Shown here: positions 1 to 13,535 of the stretch, piece after piece
How positions within the stretch are numbered: position 1 is the first letter of the stretch
Layout: every line of letters starts with the position of its first letter
Assembly (NCBI RefSeq): GCF_963921235.1
Contig: NC_086097.1
Coordinates: 82,710,001-82,774,000 of the forward strand
Source of the DNA: Mobula hypostoma
Lineage: Eukaryota
Length of the DNA: 64,000 bases
Direction of reading: 5' to 3'
The notes under the pieces: model-generated
Seen by the model: only the letters and a program-made list of their open reading frames with translations
What the model was told of the DNA's origin: nothing
The model's database searches: none
Translations under genes and position numbers: made by a program

Positions 1-2493
1 GAAGTCCCAATGACAGAGTGTGCAATGCTTGATCTGCTATTAAGGAATGAGACAGGGCAGGTGACAGAAGTTTGTGTAGGGGAACATTTTGCATCCAGTG
101 ATCATAATGCCATTAGTTTCAAAGTAAAAATGGAAAAAGATAGGTCTGGTCTGTGGGTTGAGATTCTAAGTCGGAGAAAGGCCAATTTTGATGGTATAAA
201 AATGATCTGGCAAATGTGGATTAGGACAGGCTGCTTTCTGGCAAAGGTGTACTTTGTAAGTGAGAGGCTTTCAAAAGTGAAATTTTGAGAGTACAAAGCT
301 TGTATGTGTCAGTCAGAATAATAGGTAAAGATAACAGGTTTAGGGAACCTTAGTTTTCAAGAGATATTGAGGCCCTGGTTAAGGGAAAAAATATGCATAG
401 CAAGTATAGGCAGGAAGGGACAAATGAGGTACTTATGGAGTATAAGAAATACAAGATAATACTTGAGAAATAAATCAGGAGGGGTAAGAGAAGGTATGAG
501 GTTGCCTTAACAGACAAGGTGAAGGAGAATCCTAAGGGACGCTATAGATATTTTAAGAGCAAAAGGATTGCAAGGGACAAAATTGGTCCTCTAGAAGATC
601 AAAATGTTAATCTATGCATGGAGCCAAAAGAGATGGGGGAGGTCTTAAAATGGATTTTTGGTATCTGTATTTACTCAGGAGATGCACATAGAGTCTACAG
701 TAATGAGGCCAAGCAGGAGCGAGGTCATGGACCCTATTCAGATCACAGAGCAGGAGGCGTTTGCTGTCTCGAGGCAAATTAGGGAAGATAAGTCCTCAGG
801 ATGTTCCCTTGGACACTGAGAAGCAAGTGCAGAAATTGCAGACGCCTCAGCAGAGATATTAGCCGTGGGTGAGGTACAGGAGGATTGAAGAATAGCTAAT
901 GTTTAAAAAGGCTCTAAGAATAAGCCAGAAAATTATAGGCCAGAGAACTTGACATCAGTAGTGGGAATGTTATTGGAAGACATTCTGAGGAACCGGATAT
1001 ATGAATATTTGGAGGGACATGGACTCATTAGGAATAGTCAGCATGGCTTTAAGCATGATAGGTCATGTCTAACCAATCTTATAGAGTTCATTGAGGAAGT
1101 TACCAGAAAAGCTGATGAAGGCAAGGCAGTGGATATTGTCTAGATGCACTTTAGCAAGGCATTTGACAAGGTCCTGCATGGGAGGTTGGTCAAGAAGGTT
1201 CAATCACTCGGCATTCAAGATGAGGTAATAAATTGAATTAGGCATTGGCTTTGTGGGAGAAGCCAGAGAGTGGTAGTAGATGGCTGCCTCTCTGACTGGA
1301 GGCCTGAGACTAGTGGAGTACCACAGGGATTGGTGCTGGGTCCGTTGTTGTTTGTCTATCGTCTATCAGGGGTAGGCAACCTTAAGCACAAATGATTTTC
1401 TTGCATGCATTATTCATTAATTTGAGGCAAAACATAACTAGATGTATTTAAATGGCTAATTCCCATATTTCAAGTTTTTTTAATGGCATTTATCTGGCCC
1501 ACCATCCACTCAATAGTACGCGATCCGGCTCACAGAGGCAAAAAGGTTGCCAACCCCTGGTCTATATCATCTGGATGATGTGATTAACTAGATCAGCGAG
1601 TTTGTAGATGCCACCAAGATTAGGTGTGTGGTGGACAGCAAGGAAGACTATCAGAGCTTGCAGCGGGATCTGGACAGCTGGGAAAATTGGACTGAAAATG
1701 CAGATAGAATTTAGTGCAGACAAGAGTGAGGTGTTGTACTTTGGTAGGAGCAGACAGAGGTAGGTCTTACACAGGACATGAGCAGTGTGGTAGAACACAG
1801 GCATCCGGGCCACAGAGCCATAATTCATTACAAGTGGTGACATAGGTAGATAGAATCGTAAAGAAAGCTTTTGGCACATTAGCCTTCATAAATCAATGTA
1901 TTGAGTAGAGGAGATGGGATGTTGAGTTGAAGTTGTATAAGACACTGGTGAGGCCTAATATGGAGTATTGTGTGTAGTTTTGGTCACCTACCTACTGGAC
2001 AGATGTAAATAAGATTGAAGAATACAGGGAAAAATTACAAGGATCTTGCCTGGTCTGGAGGACCTGAGTTAGGAAAGATTGACTTGCTTAGGACTTAATT
2101 TTCTACAATCCAATGAATAGAGGGAAGATTTGATAGAGGTATACAAAATTATGAGGGGTATAGATAGGGTAAATGCAAGCAGGCTTTTTCCACTGAGGTT
2201 GTGTGGGATCACAAGAGGTCATGGGTTAAGGTTGAAAGGTGAAAAATTTAAGGGGAACATGAGGGAAAAATTCTTCACTCAGAGGGTCCTGAGAGTATGG
2301 AATGTGCTGCCAGCACAAGTGATGCATGCAAGCTCAATTTCAACATTTAAGAGTAGTTTGGATAGGCACATGTATGACAAAGGTATAGAGGGTTATAGTC
2401 CCAGTGCAGGTCGATGGGAGTAGGCAGTTTGGCCTAGACTAGATGGGTCAAAGGACCTGTTTTTGTGCTGTATTTTTCTATGAATCTATGACT
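1..2493 (+). mobile_element. Degenerate CR1-type LINE ORF2 and 3' end (runs off the left edge of the window)
   Basis: ORF fragments GEHFASSDHNAISF, KENPK..YRYFKSKRIARDKIGPL, SQHGF..RSCLTNLIEF.EEVT and RGHGLRLKGEKFKGN..FFTQRV; ends in a TTTCTATG-like tail near 2475-2493; many stops and frameshifts. Confidence 0.9.
1367..1559. mobile_element. hAT (Charlie-like) MITE inserted in the CR1
   Basis: Terminal inverted repeats CAGGGGTAGGCAACCTT (1367-1383) and AAGGTTGCCAACCCCTG (1543-1559) match 16/17; GTCTAT flanks both sides (imperfect TSD); it interrupts the CR1 LLFVIYINDLD motif. Confidence 0.8.
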
Positions 2494-5303
2494 CGAGTTT
2501 GTCTCCACATCCCATTGAAATATCTTTTCATTTCAGTTTGTTCCTCCTTATTGCATTGAGCTTTTCTAATAGGCTTGCTTCTTACAATCATCTCAATAAC
2601 ATCCTACTGAAGCTGAAAAGTTCACAGTTTTGCTGACTTTAAAAAAAATAACATCAAGTATGAAGCTGTGAAACGTTTAGTTGTGGCACTGTGCTTTCCA
2701 GGGACAAATCCTTAGCACTGTATGAATGAAGCCTCATTAAAGTGATTAGGAGATTTTACTGACATTAATCTTCTTAAAAAATTTTAATCTGTTGCATTAG
2801 AATAATTAAATAATACGAAGCTAGATTCAAACTATAATGTTGATGAAGTTATTACCTGATGGTCATGAGCAGCCAGATTCTCTTATACCAAGCTGGCCTT
2901 TGTGTGTCCCCAGGTCTGTGTAGATGTTGTTTATTACAATCTGTTCTTAGAGACGACAAAATTCAGCAGACTGACTGGTATTCGCTGAGCACTGGATTTT
3001 GATATGACAAAGGCACATCTTGCCCAGTCATTCATACAAATTCACCCTTGAGTACATTTCAAACCCTCTGCTGAAATTGGGCGAGCTGTTCCCTGGTCAA
3101 CAACAAAATCATTCTGGAACTATACATTTCAAGCCGTGCACCAGACTCCTCCATCAGCATTCCTGGGTGCATCAAGACAAAGTTTACCAAAGCTGATGAT
3201 ACATTGATATACACTTGGCATCATGAACTCATTTGGTATCAGGTCATATCCAAGAATTATCACTGCCACAATGTCTCATTCAAAATCTCCATCTCTACCA
3301 GTTGGAAGGAAAAAGACAAACAGGACCCAGGAACAACATTACCTGTGAATTTCCACCAAGCAACAAACTTCTTATAATTGACTTTTGGGAACAGAATGTC
3401 ACTGGCAAGGCTGGATTTATTACTCATCCCTAAAGGCCCTTGTGAATGTGGTAGTGAGTCACTCAGCCAGCTTCGAGTCAGACAGAATAGAAACAGGCCC
3501 TTCACCCACAGTGACCTTGCTGCCATCAACTGCCTGTCTTTGCAACCCCATTTTCCTGCTCTTGGCTCTTAGCCTTTTATACCAGCATTATAGCTGTTTG
3601 TCTATACATTTAAATGTTGTCAGAATACCTACAACCATACTCAGGCAGTGAGTTCCAGACTTCAATCTCCATCTGAGTGAGCATTTTTTTTTCTCAAATC
3701 CCTCTAAATTTTCTTTCCTTCAAATGAGCTTTTGGGCCAGGAATTCCAGGATTTGGACAATGAAGGACTAAGTCAGGATAATGAGTGATTTAGAGGACGG
3801 CTTTGGAAGAGATTTCATGTTTAGGAGATGCTCTCTGTGAATCTGGGTAAATAACCACAGTGCCATTTGTAGTTAGTACATGCCTGCCTTTCTTGGAGAT
3901 TTCTATACAATCTTTTACTGCTGCTGGTTTAAAATCCAGATACTCCCCTCATAATACTTTTGTAGGAATTCTTTCATCACTTGGTCTGCAGTTGTTTCAC
4001 AAAGCGGCTCATCATTTCCTCTTGATTCCAATTGCGGATGGCCAACAAAGGCTGACTTTTTCAACAGTGCCAAAAATGAATTGATATCTCAGCCCCATTC
4101 TTGCAGGTTTAGTTCCACCTTCTTGACTGATTATAACTGAACACAAACTAGCACTAAACCATTAGTATCAACATGAAACTTTAAAAAAAACAAGTTGTCT
4201 ATGATACAGAAGGTCTGACATGATTTGTGGTGGGTGTAGGGTCAGACTTGAGGGGGCTTGTGCACATTTTCTATATACCTGTGGCTTATGATTTGTTGGA
4301 AATATTGCCTGCACCAGTTGTCCTGCTGTCTGCCTGCTGCCTTTTCCTCTATTCCCATGGCGGCCTTATTCCCATGATAGCTTCTCAAGTGTACTTATTT
4401 TTGGAATGGTGGTATGTGGCAGGAGGAGTCAGCAGAAACAGAGAGGATTATTTGTATGCTCTGATAACAGAACAGCATTTCTACTTTGTGGTTAGAATAT
4501 TAGTTCTACTCTTCTATCCATGATATTTGAATGAAGACTGAAATTATTATGGTTCTAAGAACTGCAGAAGCAAAGTAAAGTATAAATTGAAATATCAATG
4601 CTTCTGGTATTTACTATAGTATTTACAATATTCCACGTTGTCCTGTACTGTTTTGACATATGAAAAGAGCCTGTAAGGGTTCACATAAGTATTTCCTTTG
4701 TGTTCAGAGAACAGTAGCCCTTCTGTTGTTGCCAGTCAACATTTGCACTGATGTATAGTAACCCAGAAACTAAAATAGCATCATCATATTAAATAGCATT
4801 TGATCAATTACATGGCACAAAGGAATCCATGTCATGTCATCTTCATGCCAGTAAGACTTTGGAAGAAATTGACACAGGTTGAGTAATGGAAATTGTATTA
4901 ACAGTTTTGACAAGTGCACTGACTTGCAATCCTTTTCTAATAAATCATTTTTAAGAGTTTATGCCAAATATCTCACTTCAATTTACTTAACAGCTGACTA
5001 CCTTAATAGATTACAAGCCAAAATTGTTTAAATGGTGACTTCAAAATGAACTTGATGCTATTGAATTAATTTCTTGTCTGCGACTTTTTGAACCGTTCTT
5101 CTGGACCATTCTACCTTGATCTGAATGAGAAGTTAGAAATTCTGGATCGTGTTACTTTATGTCCTCTGACATTCAATCTTTGTTTACCCATACATTTATC
5201 CTTTCCAATTAACACCAAGAATGGCTCATTGGAACTGAAACTGTTCTCCTCTGCTACTTATCTTGTGGCCCATCTACTAACTGGAGTGTCAGTTACATTT
5301 GGT

Positions 5304-5765
5304 AATGCACAAAAAATGCTGGAGGAACAGCATCTATGGGAAGGAATAGACAGTTGATATTAGCAGCAGCTACGGAGAGAAATAAAGAGTTGACATTTTG
5401 GCCCAGGACCAGAAAGGATAGGGAGAAAAAGCCAGAATAAGAAGGTGGGGGGAAGGGAAGGTGTACATACTGGAAGGAGATAGGCGAAGCCGGGTGAGCA
5501 AGGGAGGATGAAGTGAGAAGCATGAGGTAATAGATGGAGAAGGTAACAGGCTGATTAAGAGGGAATCAGATAGGAGAGGAGAGTGGCCCTTGGGTGAAAG
5601 GAAAGGAGTAGGGACGAGGTGATAGGCATGTGAGGAGAAGAGACGAGAAGGGGTAAGAGGTAATCCAGAATGCAGAATGGGGGGGGGGAGGGTAATTATC
5701 AGAAGTTGAAGAAATCAATGTTCATGCCATCAGGTTGGAGGCTACCCAAATGGAATATAAGGAGT
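5304..5765 (-). mobile_element. Penelope-like element 3' fragment (end of GIY-YIG region and pseudo-LTR)
   Basis: Reverse complement resembles the 3' part of 35004-35927 (ttgggtagcctccaacctgatggcatgaacattgatttc, pyrimidine tract, decayed pseudo-LTR). Confidence 0.75.
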
Positions 5766-6740
5766 ATTATATCAATTTTTAATTGAAGTTCTTTCATTGA
5801 AACTAATGAAATGGATGTCATGGCCATTATGTCAAAGATCTTACCAAAGGGCTATTAGACCCATTCAAAAAGGCATTCCATCTTTTGGAGTAAAGCGTAA
5901 CACCAGTTTGTCTAACCACAATGTATGAATGAGTCCATCTCTGAGAATGACAACAGCAGCTAATTATGTTTCTTCATTTCACAGGTAACAGCTGTTCATT
6001 CTTAACACCAATTTATGAAGCAGACAAATACTCTACTGACAGCTGTCCTGTCGCAGTGACGCAGCTGCTCCTTACACTTAAAGTGAAGTTTAGTAAATGA
6101 TTAACATCTTACTAATTCAGTCCATTGTCTAAAACAGATTTTAGTTTATAACCCAGGTTTTATGCTGACAGTGCAGACCAGCTTTATCATTTTCTATCTG
6201 TTAACTAACACAAAAGGTTAATTCTTGCTTTGTGAAATGGTTGAGGCATGTGTTAAATACATTATTGTCAATCCATGATTTTTATCTCACTGAAAAATAC
6301 ATTAATCTTAATAAAATCAGTGCAAACAAATTGGATGGCATTTAATAATGGAACAGATGGACTCCTCTGGAACTGATGGTTATGTGAGATAAACATGCCT
6401 TTTTTTTGTGGATTAATCTTGATACCAAACCACCTGTCCCTACATTGACTCAACCCATTGCTCTGTAGAGCCCATTTATGGTACTTATTTGATTCATCTT
6501 TTCTGACAACATTCTGCAAATGTGATCTTTTTTAAAGAGCATATTATGTGGATGAATAACTTTTTACCTGGAACCCAGCCATTTGAATCTTTAAGTGTTT
6601 TGAACAATTGCATATTTCATATTTCCTTACAACTTTGGTAAGTCTACAGCAGAGTTGGGATAATACCACAAATCCCATAAATTAACCCCACACTTGTGAG
6701 CAATCTATTCTCTTTTACACGTCCATCAACTTGCCTCTGA

Positions 6741-7872
6741 TTCACCTTTTTCAAAGAAAGCGGCTTCCGTTCCTCTACCATTAACGCTGCCCTCAACCGC
6801 ATCGCTTCCATTTCACACATGTCTTCTCTCACCCTGTCCTCTCGCCACCCTACCAGAGATGGGGTTCCTCTCATTGTCCCCTATCAGCCTCCGCCTCCAG
6901 CACATAATTCTCCGGAACTTCTGCCATCTCCAATGGGATCCCGCTACCAAGCATATCTTCCCGTCACACCCCCCTCCACTTTCTGCTTTCCGCAGGGATC
7001 ACTCCCTACATGACTCCCTTGTCCGTTCATCCCTCCCCACTGATCTCCCTTCTGGCACTTGTTCCGCTTGCAAGGATAAGGGCTACACCTGCTTCCTCAC
7101 TGCCATTCAGGGCAACAAACAGTCCTTTCAGGTGAGGTGACGCTTCACCTGTGAGTCTGTTGGGGTCATACACTGTGTCCAGTGCTCCTGGTGTGGCCTC
7201 CTGTATATTGGTGAAACCCAATGTAGATTGGGAGACTGCTTCGCTGAGCACCTACGCTCCATCTGCTAGGAGAAGTGGGGTCTCCCAGTGGTGACCTATT
7301 TTAATTCTACTTCCTGTTCTCATTCCGATATGTCAATCCATAGCCTCCTCGACTGTTGTGATGAGGCCTTACTTAGGTTGGAGGAAAAACACCTTATATT
7401 CCATCTTGGTAGCCTCCAATCTGATGTCATGAATATCCATTTCTCAAACTTCTGGTAATGCCTCCCCCCACCCCCACCCTTCTCCTTCACCATTCCCCAT
7501 CTGCTTTCTCAGCTCATATCTTTGCTTGCCCTCTGCCTCCCTCTGATGCTCCTCCCCCCTTTTCTTTATTTCATGGCCTTGTGTTCTCTCCTATTAGATT
7601 CCCCCTTTCCAGCTCTGAATCTCTTTCACCAATCGACTTCCCAACTCTTTACTTCACCCCTCCCCCCTCCTGGTTTCACCTATCACCTGGTGTTTCTCCC
7701 TCCCCCCACCTTCAAAATCTACTCCTCACCTTTTTTTCTCCAGTCCTGCTGGAGGGTCTCAGCACGAAACGTCGACTGTACTCTTTTCTATAGATGCCAC
7801 CCGGCCAGCTTAGTTCCTCCAGCATTTTGTGTGTGGCTTGGATTTCCAGCATCTGCAGATTTTCTCTTGTTT
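6741..7872 (+). mobile_element. Penelope-like (Neptune-type) element, 5'-truncated and degenerate
   Basis: Fragments LQHIILRNFCHLQWDPATKHIF..AFRRDHSL and FTCESVGVIHCVQCSWCGLLYIGET (GIY-YIG); pseudo-LTR with a decayed hammerhead at 7741-7778. Confidence 0.85.
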
Positions 7873-7894
7873 CTGATTCTCCTGCTATTCAACT

Positions 7895-10800
7895 ACAATA
7901 TGAAATACAGGGATGTAGTTGCACCTAAGTTGCAGGGAGGGTAGGTAGCTGGGCGACTGTCAGGAGAAGGAAAGGGAATAGGCAGATAGTGCAGAGTATT
8001 CATGTGGCGATTCCCCTCAACAACGATACTGTTTTCGATACCTTTGGTGGTGGAGAATTGCCTACCAGCAGAAAGCTGCAACAGCCAGATCTCTGGCACT
8101 GAGCCTATCTCTGTGGGTCAGAAGAGAAAGGGTGGGGGAGGGGGAAGAGAGGAGCTGATAGGGGATTCATTGGTTAGGACAACAGACAGGAGGTTCTGTG
8201 GCTGAAGATGAGATTCCTGGGTGGTCCCAGCTGATTCCCAGATGACCAGGTGCCAGGACCAGGGACGTCATGAATTGAGTCCACAGCATTCGTAGGGGGA
8301 CAGTGAGCAGCCAGTGGTTGCAGCCCATATCAGTACCAGTGACAAGGGCAGGAAAGATGAAAAAGTCCTGCAAAGTGAGCTCAGAGAAGTAGGTGCTAAA
8401 TTAAAAGACAGGACCTCCAAGGCAGTGACCTCAGTATTGATACCTGTGCCACAAAATGGGAACAAAATAGGAAGATAATATAGTTTAAAATGTGTCTAAA
8501 GAGATGGTGTAGGAGGGAAGGGCTTCATATTTTGGTGTCATTGGGCTGTCTTCCAGGGAAAGTGGAATCTGAGCAAATGGGATGGTGAATACCTGAACTG
8601 GATGGAGACCTATATCCTTGCGGGAAGGTTTGCTAGTGCTGCTCTGGGAAGTTTACACTACAATTTCAGGGGGATAGGAAGCAGAGTGCTCAGGCAGCTC
8701 GTGGAGTGGTTATGGAGAAAGCGGATGTTAAGCCTATATACAAAGACAGAACCCGAAAGGTTGAGCTGGGTGAGACTAATGTTCTGAGTTGTGTCTATTT
8801 CAGTACAAGGAGTATTATAGGAAAGGCAGATGAGCCTAGGGCATGGATAAGCACATGCGGTTATGACATGGTAGCCGTTAGTGAGACTTGGTTGCAGGAG
8901 GGGCAGGATCAACAGCTCAATGTTCTAGGGTTCTGCTGTTTTAGACATGATAGAGCGGGAGGGGGAGCATTAATTACCAGGGAAATCGTCATGCAGTACC
9001 CGGACACAACAGACTGGAGAGCTTGTCTACTGAAGCTACATGGGTGGAGCTGAGGAAAGAGAAGGGGATGACTTCGTCAATGTCATAGACCACCCAATAG
9101 TCAGTGGGATTTAGAGGGGCAAATTTGTAGAGAGGTGACAGACATTTCCAAGAAAAATAAGGTTGTGATAGGGGGTGATTCTGGATCTAATGATTATAAT
9201 TCTAATAGTTTCAGATAATTATGGAGAATGATAGGTCTGGTCCTCAAGTTGAGATTCTGAACTGGAGAAAGCACAATTTTGATGGCACCACAATTATGTT
9301 TGGGGTAGGTTGTTGTTTAGTAAAGGGATGCTTGGTAAATGAGATGCCTTCAAGAGTTAAATGTTGAGAGTATAGAATTGGTTTGTTCCTGTAGAATAAA
9401 AGGCAAGACTTATAGGTTTAGGGAACCTTGGTTTTCAACAGATATTAAGGGCCTGGTTAAGAAGAAGCAGGCGCATGGCAGGTATAGGCAGCAAGAGACA
9501 AACGAGTAGCTTAAGGAGTATAAGAAATGAAGAGGACACTTGAGAAGGAAGTCAGGAAAGCTACTCATGAGGTTGCTATAGCAGACAAGGTAAAGGAGAA
9601 TTCCAAGGACTTCTACAGATACATTAGGCCAAAGAATAGCAAGGGACAAAATTGGTTCACCTGAAGATCAGCATGGGCATGTATAAATGAAGTTGAAAGA
9701 GATGGGGGAGATCTTAAATGGATTTTTTTTGCACATATTTACTTGGCAGATGGACATATCTCCATCTTCCAAACCAAAACAGTAGTGAGGTTTTGGACTA
9801 TATCTGGCTTATAGAAGAGGAAGTGCTTGCTGTCTTGAGGCAAATTATGACAGATGTCCCCAAGGACTGAGAAGATGTCCCCTCAGAGTCTGTGAGAAGC
9901 TAGTGCAAAACTTGAAGGGCCTTAGCAGAGGTATGAATAAGTTCCTTAGGCACAGCTGACGTTGAGGAGGAAAGTTGTTCTGTTGTTCAGGATTGGCTCT
10001 AAGAAAAAACAGCAAATTGTAGGCTGATGAGCTAGATGTCGATAGTGGATTATTGGAAGGTATTCTAAGGGACAGAATATGTAAACATTTGGATAGACAG
10101 GGCCTGAATAGGGATAGTCAAAATGGCTTTGTGCATGGTAGGTTGTGTCTAACCAATCTAGAGTTTTTCAAGAAGTTTACAAGGAAAGTTGTCAAAGGAA
10201 AGGCAGTGGACGTTGCCTACATGGATTTTAGCAAGGTTTTTGACAAAGTCCCACATGTTAGCTTGGTCAAGAAGGTTCTGTCGCCTGGCATTCAGAATGA
10301 GGTCATAAATTGGATTCAGCATTGACTAAGTGGGAGAAGCCAGAGAATGATAGCAGATTGTTTGCTCTCTGAGCGGAGGTTTGTGACTAGTGGTGTGCAG
10401 TCGGAATTGGTGCTGCATCCATAGTTGTTTGTCATCTATGTTAATTACAGTATTTGGATGCCAATGTGGTGAACTGGATCTGCAAATATGCAGTTGACAC
10501 CAAGATTGGGGGTGTAGTGGACAACGAGGCAAGGCTATGAAAGCCTGCAGCAGGATCTGGACCAGCTGAAAACTGAACTGAAAAATAGCAGATAGAATGC
10601 TACCTGGACTTAAGAGAGGTTGAAAAGGTTAGGACTTTATTCCCTGGAACGTAAGGGGAGCTTTGATAGTGTATACAAAATTGTGATTAGTATAGTTAAG
10701 TTGGGTGAGATTAGAACTAGAGGTTAAAAGTTAAGGGTGTAAGGTGAAATATTTAAGGGACCTAAGGGGGACCATTTTCATTCAGAGGGTGGTCAAGTGG

Positions 10801-10975
10801 GGAACGAGTTGCCTCTGGAAATGGTGAACGTGGGTTCGATTGTAACTTTTAAGAGAAGGTACATGGATGGGAGGGATATGATCCAGGTGCAGATTATTGG
10901 AACTGGGAAGAGTAATAGTTTGGCACGGACTAGATAGGCTGTAAGGCCTGATTCTGTGCTAGAGCACTCTGACTA
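7895..10975 (+). mobile_element. Degenerate, internally deleted CR1 LINE with ORF1 esterase remnant and ORF2 endonuclease/RT remnants
   Basis: LIGDSLVR (SGNH-like ORF1), YDMVAVSETWL (endonuclease), SQNGFVHGRLCLTNL..YMDFSKVFDKVPH (RT); CR1 3' end near 10920-10975. Confidence 0.85.
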
Positions 10976-11844
10976 TTTTTAAAATGCTTTTCCATTCGTA
11001 ATCACTTTACTGCTATTGGATTCCTGATTATCGTGCTGCTGCCCTGTTCTTAATCACTGCACTGCTTTCCTGCGAGTTAACTTGCTCATAAGCTCTGCAC
11101 TTATTACACCGTGCTGCTATTACATTTATAATCATTAAACTTCTCATAATCACTGTACTTTTATCTCATTCTTTATCAGTGTAACCTAGAAATAATCTAC
11201 ACTCTCTTATCCCAGACAAAATCAGTACATTATTAATTCATTCATAATCGCCACACTGCTAACCCAGTTGTAATCACAACACTGCTATCCCATTCATAAC
11301 CACAGCATGGATGAACCAGTTGCTAACTCATTCAAAATCACTGTACCACTATCTATTCCAGGATTTTTTTGTTTTATTGTACGTTGCCTTTGCAATCATC
11401 ACAATGTTGTATTGTTGTCCTATTAGGTTTTCTGATGGTTTAGGGTCACTTTTATAAATGTGCTTCATAATTATACTGTTCACTAATGCTAATTTTCTAT
11501 TGTGCAGTTGAACAGGGTGGCAGTGCATCCAGAAAACACACTATTATTTGAAACAGCATGTATTCCAAAAATGGACAGTCTGAAGTAAATGTTTCTGAGA
11601 GGATGGGGGCAGTTAGTAAGTTAGCAGGTCACATTTATACCACAGAAAAACTGAAGCTGGGCTGTGAAGTTAAACCAAAAATTATCATGGAAGAAAGGAA
11701 AAAGGAAAGCAGAAGGGAGCAAATTGGGGAAAGGAGGCCACTAAAGAATAATTGAAGTAAAAGGCATGTGGTGGTATGGAATTGTTAATTTTTAAATGTA
11801 TTGTTATCATTATTTTAACTACCCTTCTCTCACTCAAGGAGACT

Positions 11845-12150
11845 TACTGAACAGAAACAGACTCTTTAGCCCACTCTGTCTATGCTTACTAACAAATGTC
11901 ACCATGCTTTGATGATTCAATCGATGGTCCAGATGCCTGAATGTTGTGACAGTGCTCCGTCCAGCAGATTTTCAGGCAACGCTTTCATATGAGTGGAAGA
12001 TATTCTTCCTCATACCCCCCTTTAAACATCTTATTCCTCATCTTAAACCTATGCTCACCAGTCCTAGACACCTCTGCCACAGAGAAAAGTTTCTTACAAT
12101 CTTACATATCTAAGCAACTTGTAAATCTTTATACCTTTATTTGTTCTCCC
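11845..12150 (-). mobile_element. Old CR1 3' fragment
   Basis: Diverged similarity to the CR1 3' ends elsewhere in the window (cctttaaacatcttattcctcatcttaaacctatgc). Confidence 0.5.
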
Positions 12151-13289
12151 ATTCTTGAATGCTAATATGATGACTCAGTATAGGTGTAAGAATTGAAAGA
12201 TGTGGTTGGCATAAATATTGCCTGATTGAGAAGTTGGTATTATTATTCATCTAAATGTTTTTTTTCTCTCTGCCTGCTTGATGCTAAACTATTTGAATCT
12301 CTGGAGAAATTCAGCATAAAAGTTCTTCGACATTCAAAAATCAGCTCCGCATTAGAACTTTCTTGGCAAATATTCATGGAAAATTATCCAGGGAACAATG
12401 TGACAGGTTCTAAATAAAGTCGTGCTCTTCAGCCCACCTGTGAAGGAGAGAAGTGCTAGTGGAGCTTTGTTTCAGTTGCTAAATGCTATGGGCAGAAAAC
12501 TGATATCTTCTCTCCACCTCAGTCTGTGCTCCTACTTTTGGATCTGTGCACTAGGAAAAGATGTCCTTTTGCTTGTTCGCATCTCAGTGTGAAAGGCAGC
12601 ATGAGGCGATGGTATTAACTGGCACCATAGTTGACTGCAGTCAACAGAATATTCTGTGCATCCTTTGATAAATGCCAGGCCTGAGCATCAGCATTTATTT
12701 GAGTACACATGCCTTAATTCTGCACATCGAAAAAAATATATGATTTACTTCCCAGCTGGCACTGTAGAGCGTATTTCATTTTATTATTACTTCTGTTTAG
12801 TTGAAAAAAAATAGCAGTGTGCGAGTTGTTCAGCTCCAATCCTTACTGCATGCTTGGTTCACACATAATGATGAAAACATTTTAGCCCTTATTTTTACAC
12901 TTTCCACAATGGAAAAAATAAATAGGGATGGGGGAGCTTAAAAATAAACTTGTATCTTCTGCCACCCGACCCTACCAAGAGACAACGGGAGTGCTGGCTC
13001 CAGGTGTCTGACTTTCTCATGGATATGCCAGTTTAACCACCATAAGCTCAAATGAGAACTGTCTGGCTGGGAAACACTCTGTAGGGCTGGAAAGGCTAAA
13101 GGAAGCAGATACAGTTTGTAATTTTTTTTCCAATTATGCTGCTGTGAGTCCTGTAGGGATAGTCAAGACCTTTCCTGTTCTGGGCCTTTCAGTTTCAGAA
13201 TCCATATTGTCTTCCTGACAACACCTTCCACATACAACTGTCTCCATAACCACTATGTTTGCCTTTCACCATTGTTCCCTTATGGCAAC

Positions 13290-13535
13290 TTTCATGATTC
13301 ATAACTCCAAAACATCAAAATAATTGAAAGAAAAACAGAGTCCAGAATGCATGTCTTAGCTTCATTTTTACTTTAAGCACTATGTGTGCAAATGGCATGG
13401 TGGCATTATGACATATGTCATTCACATACTTTCACATATAGCTCATAATGACTTATTTAAATGAACAAGAATGCTTAATCAAACAATATTTTTACAATAT
13501 TACTCAAATATTACTGAAATATTAAATACACAACA
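13290..13535 (-). mobile_element. Solo LTR, 246 bp
   Basis: 5-bp TSD GCAAC at 13285-13289 and 13536-13540; right end ...ACAACA (TGTTGT on the minus strand); left end reads TT instead of TG; orientation inferred. Confidence 0.65.

Noticed and set aside
5304..7872. The two Penelope fragments as a single inverted insertion
   Set aside because: They are separated by about 1 kb of unrelated sequence and I saw no shared TSD, so I treated them as independent insertions.
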